Below are positions 28,201-36,224 of a DNA stretch of 64,000 nt, piece after piece. The notes below the pieces were generated by a model. That model saw only the letters and a list, made by a program, of their open reading frames with translations, ran no database searches and was not told the DNA's origin. The translations under genes were made by a program, and so were the position numbers. The stretch's first letter is position 1; every line of letters begins with the position of its first letter. The stretch comes from a virus: IMG/VR virus record IMGVR_UViG_3300045988_129927, one strand, 5' to 3'.

Positions 28201-30704
28201 ATACATTAAATACCAATAAAGCATCTGCAGACCCCGATATTAATTACCTTAAAAAAGATGTAGAATCTAAAGGTAGTTCCGAAGGTAAGATTAAAGCCAT
28301 TGAACAAGCCAATGAATCTACCACCATGGGACAATTATCTAGTGCCATGGATAAGGTAAAAGATTATGGTTCTAATCTTTGGAATACATTTAAAAATACA
28401 GCAGGTAATGCTTGGGATAACATTAAGCAAAATGTAATGGATGTATGGAATGGTGATAAGAACGTATTTGATGCTGCTACAGATGTTGCATCTAACTTAG
28501 CATATGGCACTATGGCAAATATACAAGCATTAACTGGTGATGGTGCTGGCGGTAGTTTAGCCAACGTACCACAACCTATTGGCTCTGGTAGCTGGGGTGC
28601 TGTAAGAGATACCATTATTGCTGCCGCTAAAGTTGTTGGTGTTGACCCTGGTCTGTTAGCTGGTATGGCAGCACAAGAGTCTGGCTTCCAACCTGGTATT
28701 CGTGCAAAAGGTTCTAGTGCGACTGGTTTATTCCAATTCCTTGATGGTACTTGGAAACAAATGTTAAAACAATACGGCCCTAAATATAATATTCCAGCAG
28801 GTACTCCTGCCACCAATGGTGCAGCGAATGCTATTTTAGGTGCCCAATATGTTAAAGACAATATTGAAGCATTAAGAAAAGTAACCAATAATGTTCAACC
28901 AGGTGATGCTTACTTAGCACACTTCCTAGGATTAGGTGGTGCGAGAAAAGCATTAAAAGCTGGCGATAATGTTTCCTTTGCTTCATTGTTCCCAGAAGCA
29001 GCAAGAGCGAATCCTGCTTATTCTGGTACAATTGGTCAAGTACGTGCACAGTTAACCAATAACATGTTTGCTAAGCATCGCTCATTTGGCGTAGATGTTC
29101 CAATTGGTGGTACAAACACCAGTGCTGGTTCAATGCCTAGTGGTGGTGTTGATCCTAATATAGCTGGTAAATCTACTAGATACGATTGGGCTAACTCTGG
29201 TTTCAGTAAGAGTACAATGGCTCCAAATAAAGAGTATTTAGATAAGATGAAATCATACGACGCTGCTCGTAAGATGATTAATCAAAGTACTACAATGACA
29301 GCTGCTCAAAAACAAGCTGCATTAGTTAAGATTAACAACGATGCTAATGAATATGGTAAACAATGGGCAACAGCTAATGGTGTTCCTGAGAATGCCGGTA
29401 AACCACAAGGTAATGGCAGTACTCCTTGGATGGACGCTGCTTATAAATACTTGGGTTTGAATGAAGTGAGTGGTGACAGTACTGTAAGACAGTTCCATGC
29501 TGTTTGTGGTTTGAAAGCCGGTGGTAAAACACCATGGTGTGCATCATTTGTAAGTTATATCTTAGAATCTGTAGGTATTCGTTCTACTAAAAATGCTGCA
29601 GCGATTTCGTATAAGAACTGGGGACAGCCAGCAGTACCTGGAACATATCCATACGGTGCTGTACTTGTCATTAGATTCCATAACGGTAATCACGTAGCAT
29701 TCTGTTTAGGTGAATCAGGTGGTAAAGTAAGATACATTGGTGGTAACCAAGGCGGTGCAAGAGCAGGTAACAATGGTGGTGCAGTAACTGAATCTAGCTG
29801 TACTAAAAATATGGTTATTGCTGTACGTCTTCCACCTGGTTATAATGGTAGTGCAAAAGCACCTGCTTCTACTAGTTATAATGGTTCTGTAGCTAATAAA
29901 GTATCCTTACCAAAAACGACACCAGTACAAGCTTCTACACCTAGTGCAAAAGCTAAGAGTAAAGCTAAATCCGCAGCAGCGGCTAATGTCGATTTAAACA
30001 GTAAACTCAAAATACAAACTGGTTCTAAATCTACAGGTGATTTAAAAGGTTTAGATGCTAAGACTTCACTGAAGAATGCATTGGCTAAATCCCAGTCAGG
30101 AGAAAATGAAGTCCATATTACCAAATCTACCAATACTGGAGATATATCTGATTTGACAGGTATGGTAACTGACCTTAACACATTAACCAATGGTCATTTA
30201 AATTCAGACGGTACTTCAGCAAATCAGCCAGAAGACAATGTAGCTAAACTCCAAGCTTCTATCCGAAATATTCTAAAACACTTTGGTGAAAGAAGTGATT
30301 CTACCATGGTAGAAACTACTTTGAATAAAACTAAAGAAGCTCGTATAAAATACAAAGAGCAAATGGATAACCATTCTATTTTAGATAGTGCATTGAAGAC
30401 AGCTAAAGCCGAACTGGATAAAGTTAATGTATCTGAAATGAAGAATGTTTCTGAACAAGCAGCTAAGAAATCAGTAGAGCATTCTAAAACCATTAACAAT
30501 GTTGCAGAAGATATCCTTAAAGAGAATAAGAAACAAACAAAACTCTTGACAGATATTTTAGATGAATTAAGGAAAGGCAAGAAAGAAATTTCTTCTAATG
30601 ATTCTAAAATCACTGCTAGAGATAAGGTGAATTATTCTAGTGAGTTTAGAACAAACCCAAAATTAAGTGAATCACCAGTAGACATGAGAAAAGGTAACCA
30701 ATAA
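22269..30704 (+). CDS. giant virion/tail-associated peptidoglycan hydrolase (tape-measure-like; phiKZ gp181-like)
   Basis: 2811-aa ORF. It has an acidic FDFDFDFE N-terminus, a K/E-rich stretch, a Gly-rich hydrophobic block (about 26445-26950), an SLT domain, a Cys/His peptidase domain, and an S/T/K-rich coiled-coil tail. Confidence 0.9.
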   Translation: MFGKKKNIQKAMAMDNEFDFDFDFEKEMNDGDFFDSGESMDFEKNKSNRSPALNATADVAKGISDAVISKQGMKTILTKVLPKSYGEVFEEVSNAKDNLGYTIGESLESLNSVKKQTQNLLRKVIPISERNGLTKVTNLLNKVAGSDDDSYDSGDDSEENRRNNSINQTLGELFSLQTKVQQKQRVIDEKKELAKDAVETTRFEGQYRVLASVDASLRQSVLFSNTNTFNYYRKSIELGIRQLHVLSDIYHNQSTSNVTLLKTLNDIKLNTGLPDYVKMKNTEAIKQQVKQKFFGGISSSFMEKLTKNIGENISQYVGTFSDLFESIFPMAEAMLDNEADDMFDDGRSDTRKLSGLASGSLLSIAGGKVGKFLRKNMKGTKYGDKILKGGVALNRFKNNMGPELSKALGSKEIEKFLIKYLGTRDKQADGSLGDKQSNTITDWILNGMDWLKMHVDEATDKAKAIHVDNLNGYKDFNTPEGQQRLTNKTVNVIIPGYLSRILREITMIRTGSPAELLDYNHASGRFQKSSEMQKDLTVRALGANAANTYTSAGLGVMGKLDLHGYNKIGKLEYKNGFTKEDSNLIGQILISYSKAGKPLTPELLSNPDTFATLLGKEKAEIVAKKFKELNRRDHEEDEENFAEIADNINSATKGLEPDIDLINNLSATGQLDYLKRSGVVTVDGRIGYDSFMSNLNNLSGNDFRDVMRSYYTDQNDNKLAYRNSSKNAASALAYQNSRTKSGFGNTVLGRTISDSYLSGRYDPNRKLLPYLPNSTGSMTVSELEKMGSFASGGYTGKSTSGNSEDELAGVVHKDEYVINQEDVEKMGGPSAIQKFINMFRRTAEKSTDAFDSIKNTLNSQIGSNKEGKSNLEIIADNTMLTNLYLKVAVQKLDTLSSLAISDKVESSDPTTQTGKRWWQFANNIFRRKRQVMGPPKPNETIEEQKKSLLRQNAEFLWGIGTWPFRTGIPAAFGIGSSIIGGGIDLFRDNKDKYVKNVQDFYNDKSNKLKDKFMDVYKQGTPEPILKAKDFMMGKYRTAEGKVIKKWEDIQGSIYDEEGNLLLTYDEFKDSIVMFKNKPTVVKAMNWFKEKKVLRKLGGLAVGAALLGPAGVILAAGHMLAKKHNLYGKAKEGYTNALQVDVYLPSDLKNPVMLARDIKDRMYYDEGANDYVTDARKMIGPIYDVRQMQESGTPTIIVTQEEIEKGLVDKYGNKIGTTGKLVAKKLSNMAGNLVSKGVNLGVKTAVGAFKLARFGFNLAVGAAKIGWAVLSGAASGFKSGFDKGIGKVKSAMDGMFLNLALVNDTNRYLYAIYNLLDKRIPLPAGTLGDVDGDGLRENGMADNRKKRAEEKKEKAEDEKQAKRDFRLASMIASLLPFGFGKGKKKKDKDGEEEEGGGFLSTLWDGAKTVGAGMLGLMGLKGGGKAASAGGKAAGGFLGKVASKIPGAGIVGKAVGGLLPKGGLAGKLMGGSAKLGGKLLGGLGMVTSGVSMASNLAQGNFGDAAWDAGGLALSAAMTPGIGLGGLASGLGTAATFLATNPIGWAILGTAAVGAVGYGLYKLLKNDTKINDKVKARLLMYGFNPDEDEKKAKIILKFENMLDEAVRFVNGQISIDESKIDIEEVMELFEVDKEDKEHTANWMYWYNSRFKPVFTKTMSVLKGINPKYSAEDAYDLKDQEEYKYYVGIKPKPGEYNSTQSPFKDAAINSSGEQAISFIDNILAKIKSTPEGAKFAQGAAMANGLQEQAKKDAETAKIEAGLDKSKAKDIGAMGLGVTAAGAAGALAASATKSKPVTDFVKGAGKFSLLAAIPGIGIITGLASSFGLFESDTIENTPTENGYDPFNAIRYKTYGLTSLSESDRISTLARLELMVKEGVTISQGKATYKGDIAELVVKSCGLFGIDKNDTSGLQRLTVYLGARFIPAFLNLMNGLRSVLNSNDIFVISRARPSEQMAIATTMMNSEGKQGSVWSCTVSPWEGYTLNTNKASADPDINYLKKDVESKGSSEGKIKAIEQANESTTMGQLSSAMDKVKDYGSNLWNTFKNTAGNAWDNIKQNVMDVWNGDKNVFDAATDVASNLAYGTMANIQALTGDGAGGSLANVPQPIGSGSWGAVRDTIIAAAKVVGVDPGLLAGMAAQESGFQPGIRAKGSSATGLFQFLDGTWKQMLKQYGPKYNIPAGTPATNGAANAILGAQYVKDNIEALRKVTNNVQPGDAYLAHFLGLGGARKALKAGDNVSFASLFPEAARANPAYSGTIGQVRAQLTNNMFAKHRSFGVDVPIGGTNTSAGSMPSGGVDPNIAGKSTRYDWANSGFSKSTMAPNKEYLDKMKSYDAARKMINQSTTMTAAQKQAALVKINNDANEYGKQWATANGVPENAGKPQGNGSTPWMDAAYKYLGLNEVSGDSTVRQFHAVCGLKAGGKTPWCASFVSYILESVGIRSTKNAAAISYKNWGQPAVPGTYPYGAVLVIRFHNGNHVAFCLGESGGKVRYIGGNQGGARAGNNGGAVTESSCTKNMVIAVRLPPGYNGSAKAPASTSYNGSVANKVSLPKTTPVQASTPSAKAKSKAKSAAAANVDLNSKLKIQTGSKSTGDLKGLDAKTSLKNALAKSQSGENEVHITKSTNTGDISDLTGMVTDLNTLTNGHLNSDGTSANQPEDNVAKLQASIRNILKHFGERSDSTMVETTLNKTKEARIKYKEQMDNHSILDSALKTAKAELDKVNVSEMKNVSEQAAKKSVEHSKTINNVAEDILKENKKQTKLLTDILDELRKGKKEISSNDSKITARDKVNYSSEFRTNPKLSESPVDMRKGNQ
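28590..29020 (+). other. SLT lytic transglycosylase domain inside 22269-30704
   Basis: AAQESGFQPGIRAKGSSATGLFQFLDGTWKQMLKQYG, i.e. catalytic E-S (Glu codon 28677-28679) followed by GLxQ and a Y-rich motif. Confidence 0.85.
29430..29830 (+). other. Cys/His peptidase (CHAP / NlpC-P60-like, TIGR02594-type) domain inside 22269-30704
   Basis: TPWCASFVSYILE (Cys codon 29538-29540) and NGNHVAFCLGE (His codon 29691-29693), with typical spacing of about 50 aa. Confidence 0.65.
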
Positions 30705-30711
30705 AGTAATC

Positions 30712-30741
30712 AGACTACCGCTGTATATACAGCGGTAGTCT
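30712..30741 (+). terminator. hairpin terminator
   Basis: agactaccgctgt / acagcggtagtct, a 13-bp perfect stem with loop atat, followed by a T-rich tract. Confidence 0.65.
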
Positions 30742-30775
30742 ATTATTTTCTATGATTGATAAATAGGAGTAAAAC

Positions 30776-33007
30776 ATGAGCGACATAAGCGAAAACATGA
30801 ATCCTTATAAGGACGTACACAAGAGAGTACATGAAGTAAATGGTAAAGCAGCACCCACTAGGTCAAGTTATTTTAATGATAAAAACTGGGTACGCAGTAT
30901 CTTCATGATTAACCAAGAAACATTAGATGGTGCTTCATTAGAAACCAGAACATGGAGTACATCTGATTCTAAATTCCAAGATACAGCCCCAGGTGGCTCT
31001 TTAGTAATTAACCCATTACCACAACCTTGTTTGTTTACAGACCCTATGTCAGATACACATTGGTTAAAAGCAAGAAAAGGTGCAAACGATGATGGTCTAA
31101 GTCCATACTTTTCAGAAACATTTGATGATAATTATAGACAAGTAACATTTAGGTTTGGTACATTGGCATTTAACTCGTTAACCAGTTATTTGTTTGGTAT
31201 GTTCCACCCAGGTGCGGCAGCATTTATTAATAAAGGCTTGATTAATACTTTATTATTTAAATTAGGTCGATTAATTGGCCATGCTGTTTCTATTATTACC
31301 TGGCCATTAGCTTTAATTAGTATGTTAGGTAAAGCTAAGAACTTCTTCTTACGTGTACCTACTTCTAAGTATGCTTACTTAAAACCAAACATGCCACTAT
31401 ACTGGTCATCTGTACAAACTATTTGTAACCACTTCTTAGTAGACTTAGGTTTGATTCACCGTGGTACTGGTACAGACGAAAATGGTAATGACATGACTCT
31501 TGGTGAAGATGACATGAAGTGGGACGATAATAATGTTAAAGCCATGAAAGCACTATGGCCTAATACATTCGGTGGTAATGGTCACATTAACCAATTCTTA
31601 GATGGTGCATTAGGTAAAATTACAGGTTACGAATCTGGTGCTCAGTTTGACGTATTTGCTGTAGCAACACGTGCACAGCGTTTAGCACACGCACGTTATA
31701 AAACATTAGAAGAAATTCAAATGGCTACAGGTACTAAACTAGACTTAAGACAAATGCTCCATACTTCTTATCGTAATAGGAATGGTAGGACATCTTTTAA
31801 GTTAGCTGATTATATTTCTAAATGGACTTCCATGGCTGCCGATGGCGGTGGTGCTATGTATAATTCAGATAGGCCTGGTGAGAATGGTGAACCACAACAA
31901 GACGAAAGAGAGAAAGCAAATAAAAGCGACATTGGTGATACCCCAACTTTCAATAGCGTAAGTAATGATGGTTTCTGGAACTTCTTAGAAGAAGAGTTAA
32001 GAGAAGGTGGTGCATTTGTTAGTTTCCGTGTAGATGACACAGGTGCTGTTTCTGAAACATTCTCTAACAACTACAAAACATCTTCATTAATGGAAAAGAT
32101 TAACAGTATGGCTTCTACTGGTCGTTCCACTTACTTTGACTTAGCAGGTGGTAATATTGGTGATGATGCTCTTACCAATACAGTTGAAGCAGTAGTAGGT
32201 GGTATTAAATCTATTGCAACAGGTATTGTTTCTACAATTGGTTTAGGTGGTTTATTGGTTGCAGGCGGTGGTGGTACAGTCTCTATGCCTAAGTATTGGG
32301 AATCTTCAGAAGCTCAATTACCAAAACCAAGTTACTCATTTACATTAAAAGCAAGATACGCTAATCGTCGTTCCGCATTTAATGATGTGTACTTTCCATT
32401 AGCTTGTATCTTAGCAGCTGCCCTACCAACATCAGTAGGTAAGCACTCTCACTCTAATCCGTTGTATTGCGAATTCTACGATAAAGGTAGAATGCAATCT
32501 CGTTTAGCGGCTATTGATTCTATTACTATTACACGTGGTGATGGTACAATGGGCTTTACGCCAGAAGGTAACCTAATGTCAGTAAATGTTAGTTTCTCTA
32601 TTACACCAATGGAAGAAATCATTGCTATGCCTATTACAGAGGGTGTCTCGATGAGTGAAACCATTGAGAAAATGGTAGCAGGGTCTTTAATCGGTGGTAT
32701 AGGCGGCGCAATAGCGGGTGCATTTTTTGGTGCGGCAACTAATCTTGTAGGTGGTATATTTGACGACGACACACCATTCATGGACTATATGGCTACATTA
32801 GCTGGTATGGGTGTTAACGAACAATATTATCAAAGTACTCGTTTAAAACGTAGATTAGCATTTAATCAAACACAGTATGTTTCTAGTTATAGTAGTGCAA
32901 GAACAGCAAGTATCATGGGTAATAGTTTACCTGGACAAATGTTAGGCGCACTATTCTTGAAAGACGGTTTAAATGCCTTACTTTGGGATGAGAGAGCAGA
33001 ACGTTAA
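30776..33007 (+). CDS. hypothetical virion protein with Gly-rich hydrophobic segments
   Basis: 743-aa ORF with RBS taggagtaaaacATG. Contains GLGGLLVAGGGG and GSLIGGIGGAIAGAFFGAA stretches. No enzymatic motif. Confidence 0.8.
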   Translation: MSDISENMNPYKDVHKRVHEVNGKAAPTRSSYFNDKNWVRSIFMINQETLDGASLETRTWSTSDSKFQDTAPGGSLVINPLPQPCLFTDPMSDTHWLKARKGANDDGLSPYFSETFDDNYRQVTFRFGTLAFNSLTSYLFGMFHPGAAAFINKGLINTLLFKLGRLIGHAVSIITWPLALISMLGKAKNFFLRVPTSKYAYLKPNMPLYWSSVQTICNHFLVDLGLIHRGTGTDENGNDMTLGEDDMKWDDNNVKAMKALWPNTFGGNGHINQFLDGALGKITGYESGAQFDVFAVATRAQRLAHARYKTLEEIQMATGTKLDLRQMLHTSYRNRNGRTSFKLADYISKWTSMAADGGGAMYNSDRPGENGEPQQDEREKANKSDIGDTPTFNSVSNDGFWNFLEEELREGGAFVSFRVDDTGAVSETFSNNYKTSSLMEKINSMASTGRSTYFDLAGGNIGDDALTNTVEAVVGGIKSIATGIVSTIGLGGLLVAGGGGTVSMPKYWESSEAQLPKPSYSFTLKARYANRRSAFNDVYFPLACILAAALPTSVGKHSHSNPLYCEFYDKGRMQSRLAAIDSITITRGDGTMGFTPEGNLMSVNVSFSITPMEEIIAMPITEGVSMSETIEKMVAGSLIGGIGGAIAGAFFGAATNLVGGIFDDDTPFMDYMATLAGMGVNEQYYQSTRLKRRLAFNQTQYVSSYSSARTASIMGNSLPGQMLGALFLKDGLNALLWDERAER

Positions 33008-33016
33008 TATGTATAT

Positions 33017-33050
33017 ACATTACAGTATAGCTTTCGCTATACTGTAATGT
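33017..33050. terminator. bidirectional hairpin terminator
   Basis: acattacagtatagc / gctatactgtaatgt, a 15-bp perfect stem with loop tttc. Confidence 0.65.
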
Positions 33051-33055
33051 ACTCT

Positions 33056-34279
33056 TTATGCGTTATTAATTTTAAATGCGTCTGGTGAGATAATAGAAAC
33101 AGTTTGTTGTCGCTCATTAACGATAAAGTCAGGGAAGTCTTTATTAAGTTCAGTTTTAAAACCACCAATTTCGGTAAACACATTACCTAATAACAATAAT
33201 ACTTCATTTTCTTTATCAGTATAAGCTAGAGATTTTGTAGCATGACTATCCATAAAGAATCTATCTGCTAAACTTACTTTAGCTATTCTCTTAAAGTCTT
33301 CAGAAGCACCCATGAATAAGTTAACATTAAATAGCTTTCTATTACCTTCTCTATCTATCCAAAGATAGTTACCATTATCAAATGCCTCAATGACACTTAA
33401 TACATCATTAAAGACATCTTGCTCTTTTCTACCTGTATTAAAGACAGAATTCATACTGAAGTTTTTCAACATATTCTCAATGGAATCACCTGTGATTTCT
33501 TTTAACTTTTGTGGATTAATCGATTTAATGGCTATCTTAGCAGTATCGTAATCACCATATTCCAATAAGTCATCCATTACTGTAGTAGCGACATCCATAG
33601 CCACATTATATTCGTAACCATCTTTATCACGATGCCCTACTAAAGAATACCAGTTGTCTCGAATAGCAATACCTGCACTACTGAATTCTTTAACAATGGC
33701 AGCAGCAGAAGCTTTAAATGCTTGAATGTCTTTTATCAAACCAATGTCTTGACCAGTAATGGCTTTACCTAAATTATTCAAACCAGATAATACATCTAAT
33801 TTACCAGAACGAACATCTTTAACTGTAGTAACGACATCATTACCAATCTTAGCAGCAGCTTGTACCTTATCAAACATAGCAGGGTCTAAGCCAGCTGATT
33901 GTAATGCTGCTTTAGCTCCTGGTGCTAATGAACCTACTCTATCCATTAGGTTACCATTTTGAAGACCAGTACTAATATCTTTTGCCATCTTAAGGTAATC
34001 ATTGATTTTATTTAAACCATTTAAACCACCTTTAATAGCATCGGTAATAGAAGTCAAAGACATAGTGTTAGTAAACTGATACAAACTATTAACAGTATTA
34101 CCTAGATTCTGATAAGCATCAATAGTAGCCAACTTAGTATCTAGACTACTATTAAATACCGTCTTTGCGTCATCTTTCTTTTTAGTAGATACTTTATTAC
34201 CTACACCATTTTTTGTCTTTTTAGACTTATTTCCTTTTTTACCTTTTGGTGGCGCAGGTGTTCTTTTTACTTTAGCCAT
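33056..34279 (-). CDS. hypothetical protein with Lys-rich N-terminal tail
   Basis: 407-aa ORF beginning MAKVKRTPAPPKGKKGNKSKKTKNGVGNKVSTKKK. Confidence 0.75.
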   Translation of the reverse strand: MAKVKRTPAPPKGKKGNKSKKTKNGVGNKVSTKKKDDAKTVFNSSLDTKLATIDAYQNLGNTVNSLYQFTNTMSLTSITDAIKGGLNGLNKINDYLKMAKDISTGLQNGNLMDRVGSLAPGAKAALQSAGLDPAMFDKVQAAAKIGNDVVTTVKDVRSGKLDVLSGLNNLGKAITGQDIGLIKDIQAFKASAAAIVKEFSSAGIAIRDNWYSLVGHRDKDGYEYNVAMDVATTVMDDLLEYGDYDTAKIAIKSINPQKLKEITGDSIENMLKNFSMNSVFNTGRKEQDVFNDVLSVIEAFDNGNYLWIDREGNRKLFNVNLFMGASEDFKRIAKVSLADRFFMDSHATKSLAYTDKENEVLLLLGNVFTEIGGFKTELNKDFPDFIVNERQQTVSIISPDAFKINNA

Positions 34280-34325
34280 GTTATTTCCTTTTCTAAAACT
34301 AAAAAATAATTCATAGATTTTATAT

Positions 34326-34358
34326 ACTACGCTACCCCTTTTATAGAGGTAGCGTAGT
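34326..34358 (-). terminator. hairpin terminator
   Basis: actacgctacc / ggtagcgtagt stem. Confidence 0.55.
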
Positions 34359-34374
34359 GCAGTTAGTTAATTGG

Positions 34375-34869
34375 TTATTTACCACGTAATTCGTCAATTA
34401 CTTTTCCAAGTATTCGGGTATATTGAATATAATTTACCTTAGCATATCCATCATTACCGACATGATAACAACAGTAAGGTAATTTATTCTCTACAGCCAT
34501 ACTGAATAAATCAGGTTTACTCAATAGAGAATATGTAATAAACTCTTTAATGACATAATCTGGTACTTCTGTGGTTTTAACCGTATTTTTACCAGATTCA
34601 ATTTGTTCTTTTACATATTCATCTAACTTCACACCTGTCATTAAACGTACATCGAAATCGTCTTTTTCCAATTTATACCATTCAATTGCAGATTGAATAC
34701 TGGCAAATGAACCATAAACTGGATGGTAAAACGTCCGAGTATAACTTGGAATCAGTTGTTTACCAAGTAAAGTAATGGCATGTTTATCAATACGGATATG
34801 GTCAATACCATCTTTCTTATCCATATCTCGATATGCTTTAAACTCGAGAGTGTTTGTTGCGTTTGTCAT
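34375..34869 (-). CDS. hypothetical protein
   Basis: 164-aa ORF with no motif. Confidence 0.7.
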   Translation of the reverse strand: MTNATNTLEFKAYRDMDKKDGIDHIRIDKHAITLLGKQLIPSYTRTFYHPVYGSFASIQSAIEWYKLEKDDFDVRLMTGVKLDEYVKEQIESGKNTVKTTEVPDYVIKEFITYSLLSKPDLFSMAVENKLPYCCYHVGNDGYAKVNYIQYTRILGKVIDELRGK

Positions 34870-34899
34870 TTAAGTTAATTCCTTTTTAAATAGTTTATC

Positions 34900-35472
34900 T
34901 TATTTAGAACGCTTCTTACGAGTAGCATTCTTTTTGATTTTCTTTACTACTAAAGAATCAGGGCAATCTGCCGGATTATCATGTCCACCAGATTCACGAT
35001 TGTATTCTTCAGTATATTCTGGGTGCTCGAATTGGGTTTTACCAATCCCACCGATATGTTGCATATAGGTTTTAACAGTACCGGATTTACGCGCAGCAGT
35101 AATAGAAATATCTACCCAGTCAAAATCCAATACTAATAGTAATTCACCCAATACCTTAAATGAAATACCATCTCGAGAGAACTCTGTCAGTAAACGAGAT
35201 TTTTCAGATTTCAATTCAGCATCTGAAATACTACTACCATAGTATCGTTTAACAAATTCCTCAATGAGTTCTTCCATTTGGGGATAGGTAATACGCTCGT
35301 CTTGCCATTGCATAAAGCCTTCTTTACCTTTGCCAATGTACATATCACGGATAATCTTCCGTAATAACATGGCACAGATACCTGGCCAGTCGTTAGTGAC
35401 TTCACCTAAACCACCGTCCTTAGAATCGGTGATTTTACGAAAACCACGAAGCATAGTGTCTTCATTATTCAT
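34900..35472 (-). CDS. hypothetical protein with Lys/Arg-rich C-terminal tail
   Basis: The start is moved to MNNEDTML (RBS aaaggaaacaacATG), which removes the overlap with the upstream gene. The C-terminus is KKIKKNATRKKRSK. Confidence 0.65.
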   Translation of the reverse strand: MNNEDTMLRGFRKITDSKDGGLGEVTNDWPGICAMLLRKIIRDMYIGKGKEGFMQWQDERITYPQMEELIEEFVKRYYGSSISDAELKSEKSRLLTEFSRDGISFKVLGELLLVLDFDWVDISITAARKSGTVKTYMQHIGGIGKTQFEHPEYTEEYNRESGGHDNPADCPDSLVVKKIKKNATRKKRSK

Positions 35473-35494
35473 GTTGTTTCCTTTATATAAATAA

Positions 35495-36073
35495 TTATTT
35501 CTCGACCTTATTAAATTCGTATAATACCTTAGAGCTAACCGCAATAACAGACATCAATACAAATATAATAGGTTTCAATTTAAAATAGATTAAAGGACTG
35601 TCTTTCTTATCCTTTAATGTTTTTAATAAATTAATCATTTTATCGAAGAAATCGACAATAGTGATTAAGTTAGGAGAATACCTTAAATAGTTGGTATTTA
35701 GCTTTTCTACTTCTAAAGGTTTTAATTTAAAAGTAGGATTATTCAGTTGAGAAGTCAAATAACCAATCGTACTGTTTACTTTTATTAAAGTATCTGCTTT
35801 GTTTAGATACTTAATTCCAACAGGTATTTGGTTAATATCTGTACTGATACTATCTGGTAAGATACGTTTGTTATAAGGTAATAACTCTTTATGGTAATGT
35901 TCACAAACTTCTATTAGGTTTGTATACATACTGTTAAAGTCACCATTCATCTCTATGTAAAGAGCATTAAGGATAAAACCTTCGTATTGTTTACTCGCCT
36001 CTACTAAAGAAATTAATTTTCGATTAGCCTTATAACGTTTCCAGATATAAAAGATATCTTTAATTATAGACAT
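35495..36073 (-). CDS. hypothetical protein
   Basis: Likely start is MSIIKDIF (RBS aaaggaatccgtagtATG). The C-terminal segment is hydrophobic. Confidence 0.6.
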   Translation of the reverse strand: MSIIKDIFYIWKRYKANRKLISLVEASKQYEGFILNALYIEMNGDFNSMYTNLIEVCEHYHKELLPYNKRILPDSISTDINQIPVGIKYLNKADTLIKVNSTIGYLTSQLNNPTFKLKPLEVEKLNTNYLRYSPNLITIVDFFDKMINLLKTLKDKKDSPLIYFKLKPIIFVLMSVIAVSSKVLYEFNKVEK

Positions 36074-36179
36074 ACTACGGATTCCTTTATATAATTTTAT
36101 GAATAACTGATTTTCTATTTTTAGAAATTCATAAGTAAAATAACTGGTGGAGAAGTACACCAATTCCAATATAATAGTA

Positions 36180-36201
36180 TATGTTTAAAATATGTTTAAA
36201 A
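36180..36201. repeat. tandem 11-mer tatgtttaaaa x2 in a divergent intergenic region
   Basis: Two exact adjacent copies read directly from the sequence. Confidence 0.6.
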
Positions 36202-36224
36202 CAAATTTAAAAAAGGATAAAACA

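Noticed and set aside
23210-30613. Several 65-174-aa minus-strand ORFs inside the giant gene (23210-23584, 24845-25243, 25811-26056, 26930-27232, 27311-27751, 27914-28216, 28364-28888, 28852-29049, 29876-30190, 30224-30613)
   Set aside because: All are nested antisense in an 8.4-kb ORF that has clear enzymatic motifs. None has an RBS, and all have low-complexity composition.
35211-35405. 64-aa minus-strand ORF in an alternative frame inside 34900-35472
   Set aside because: It is fully nested in a longer same-strand ORF with better composition, and it has no RBS.
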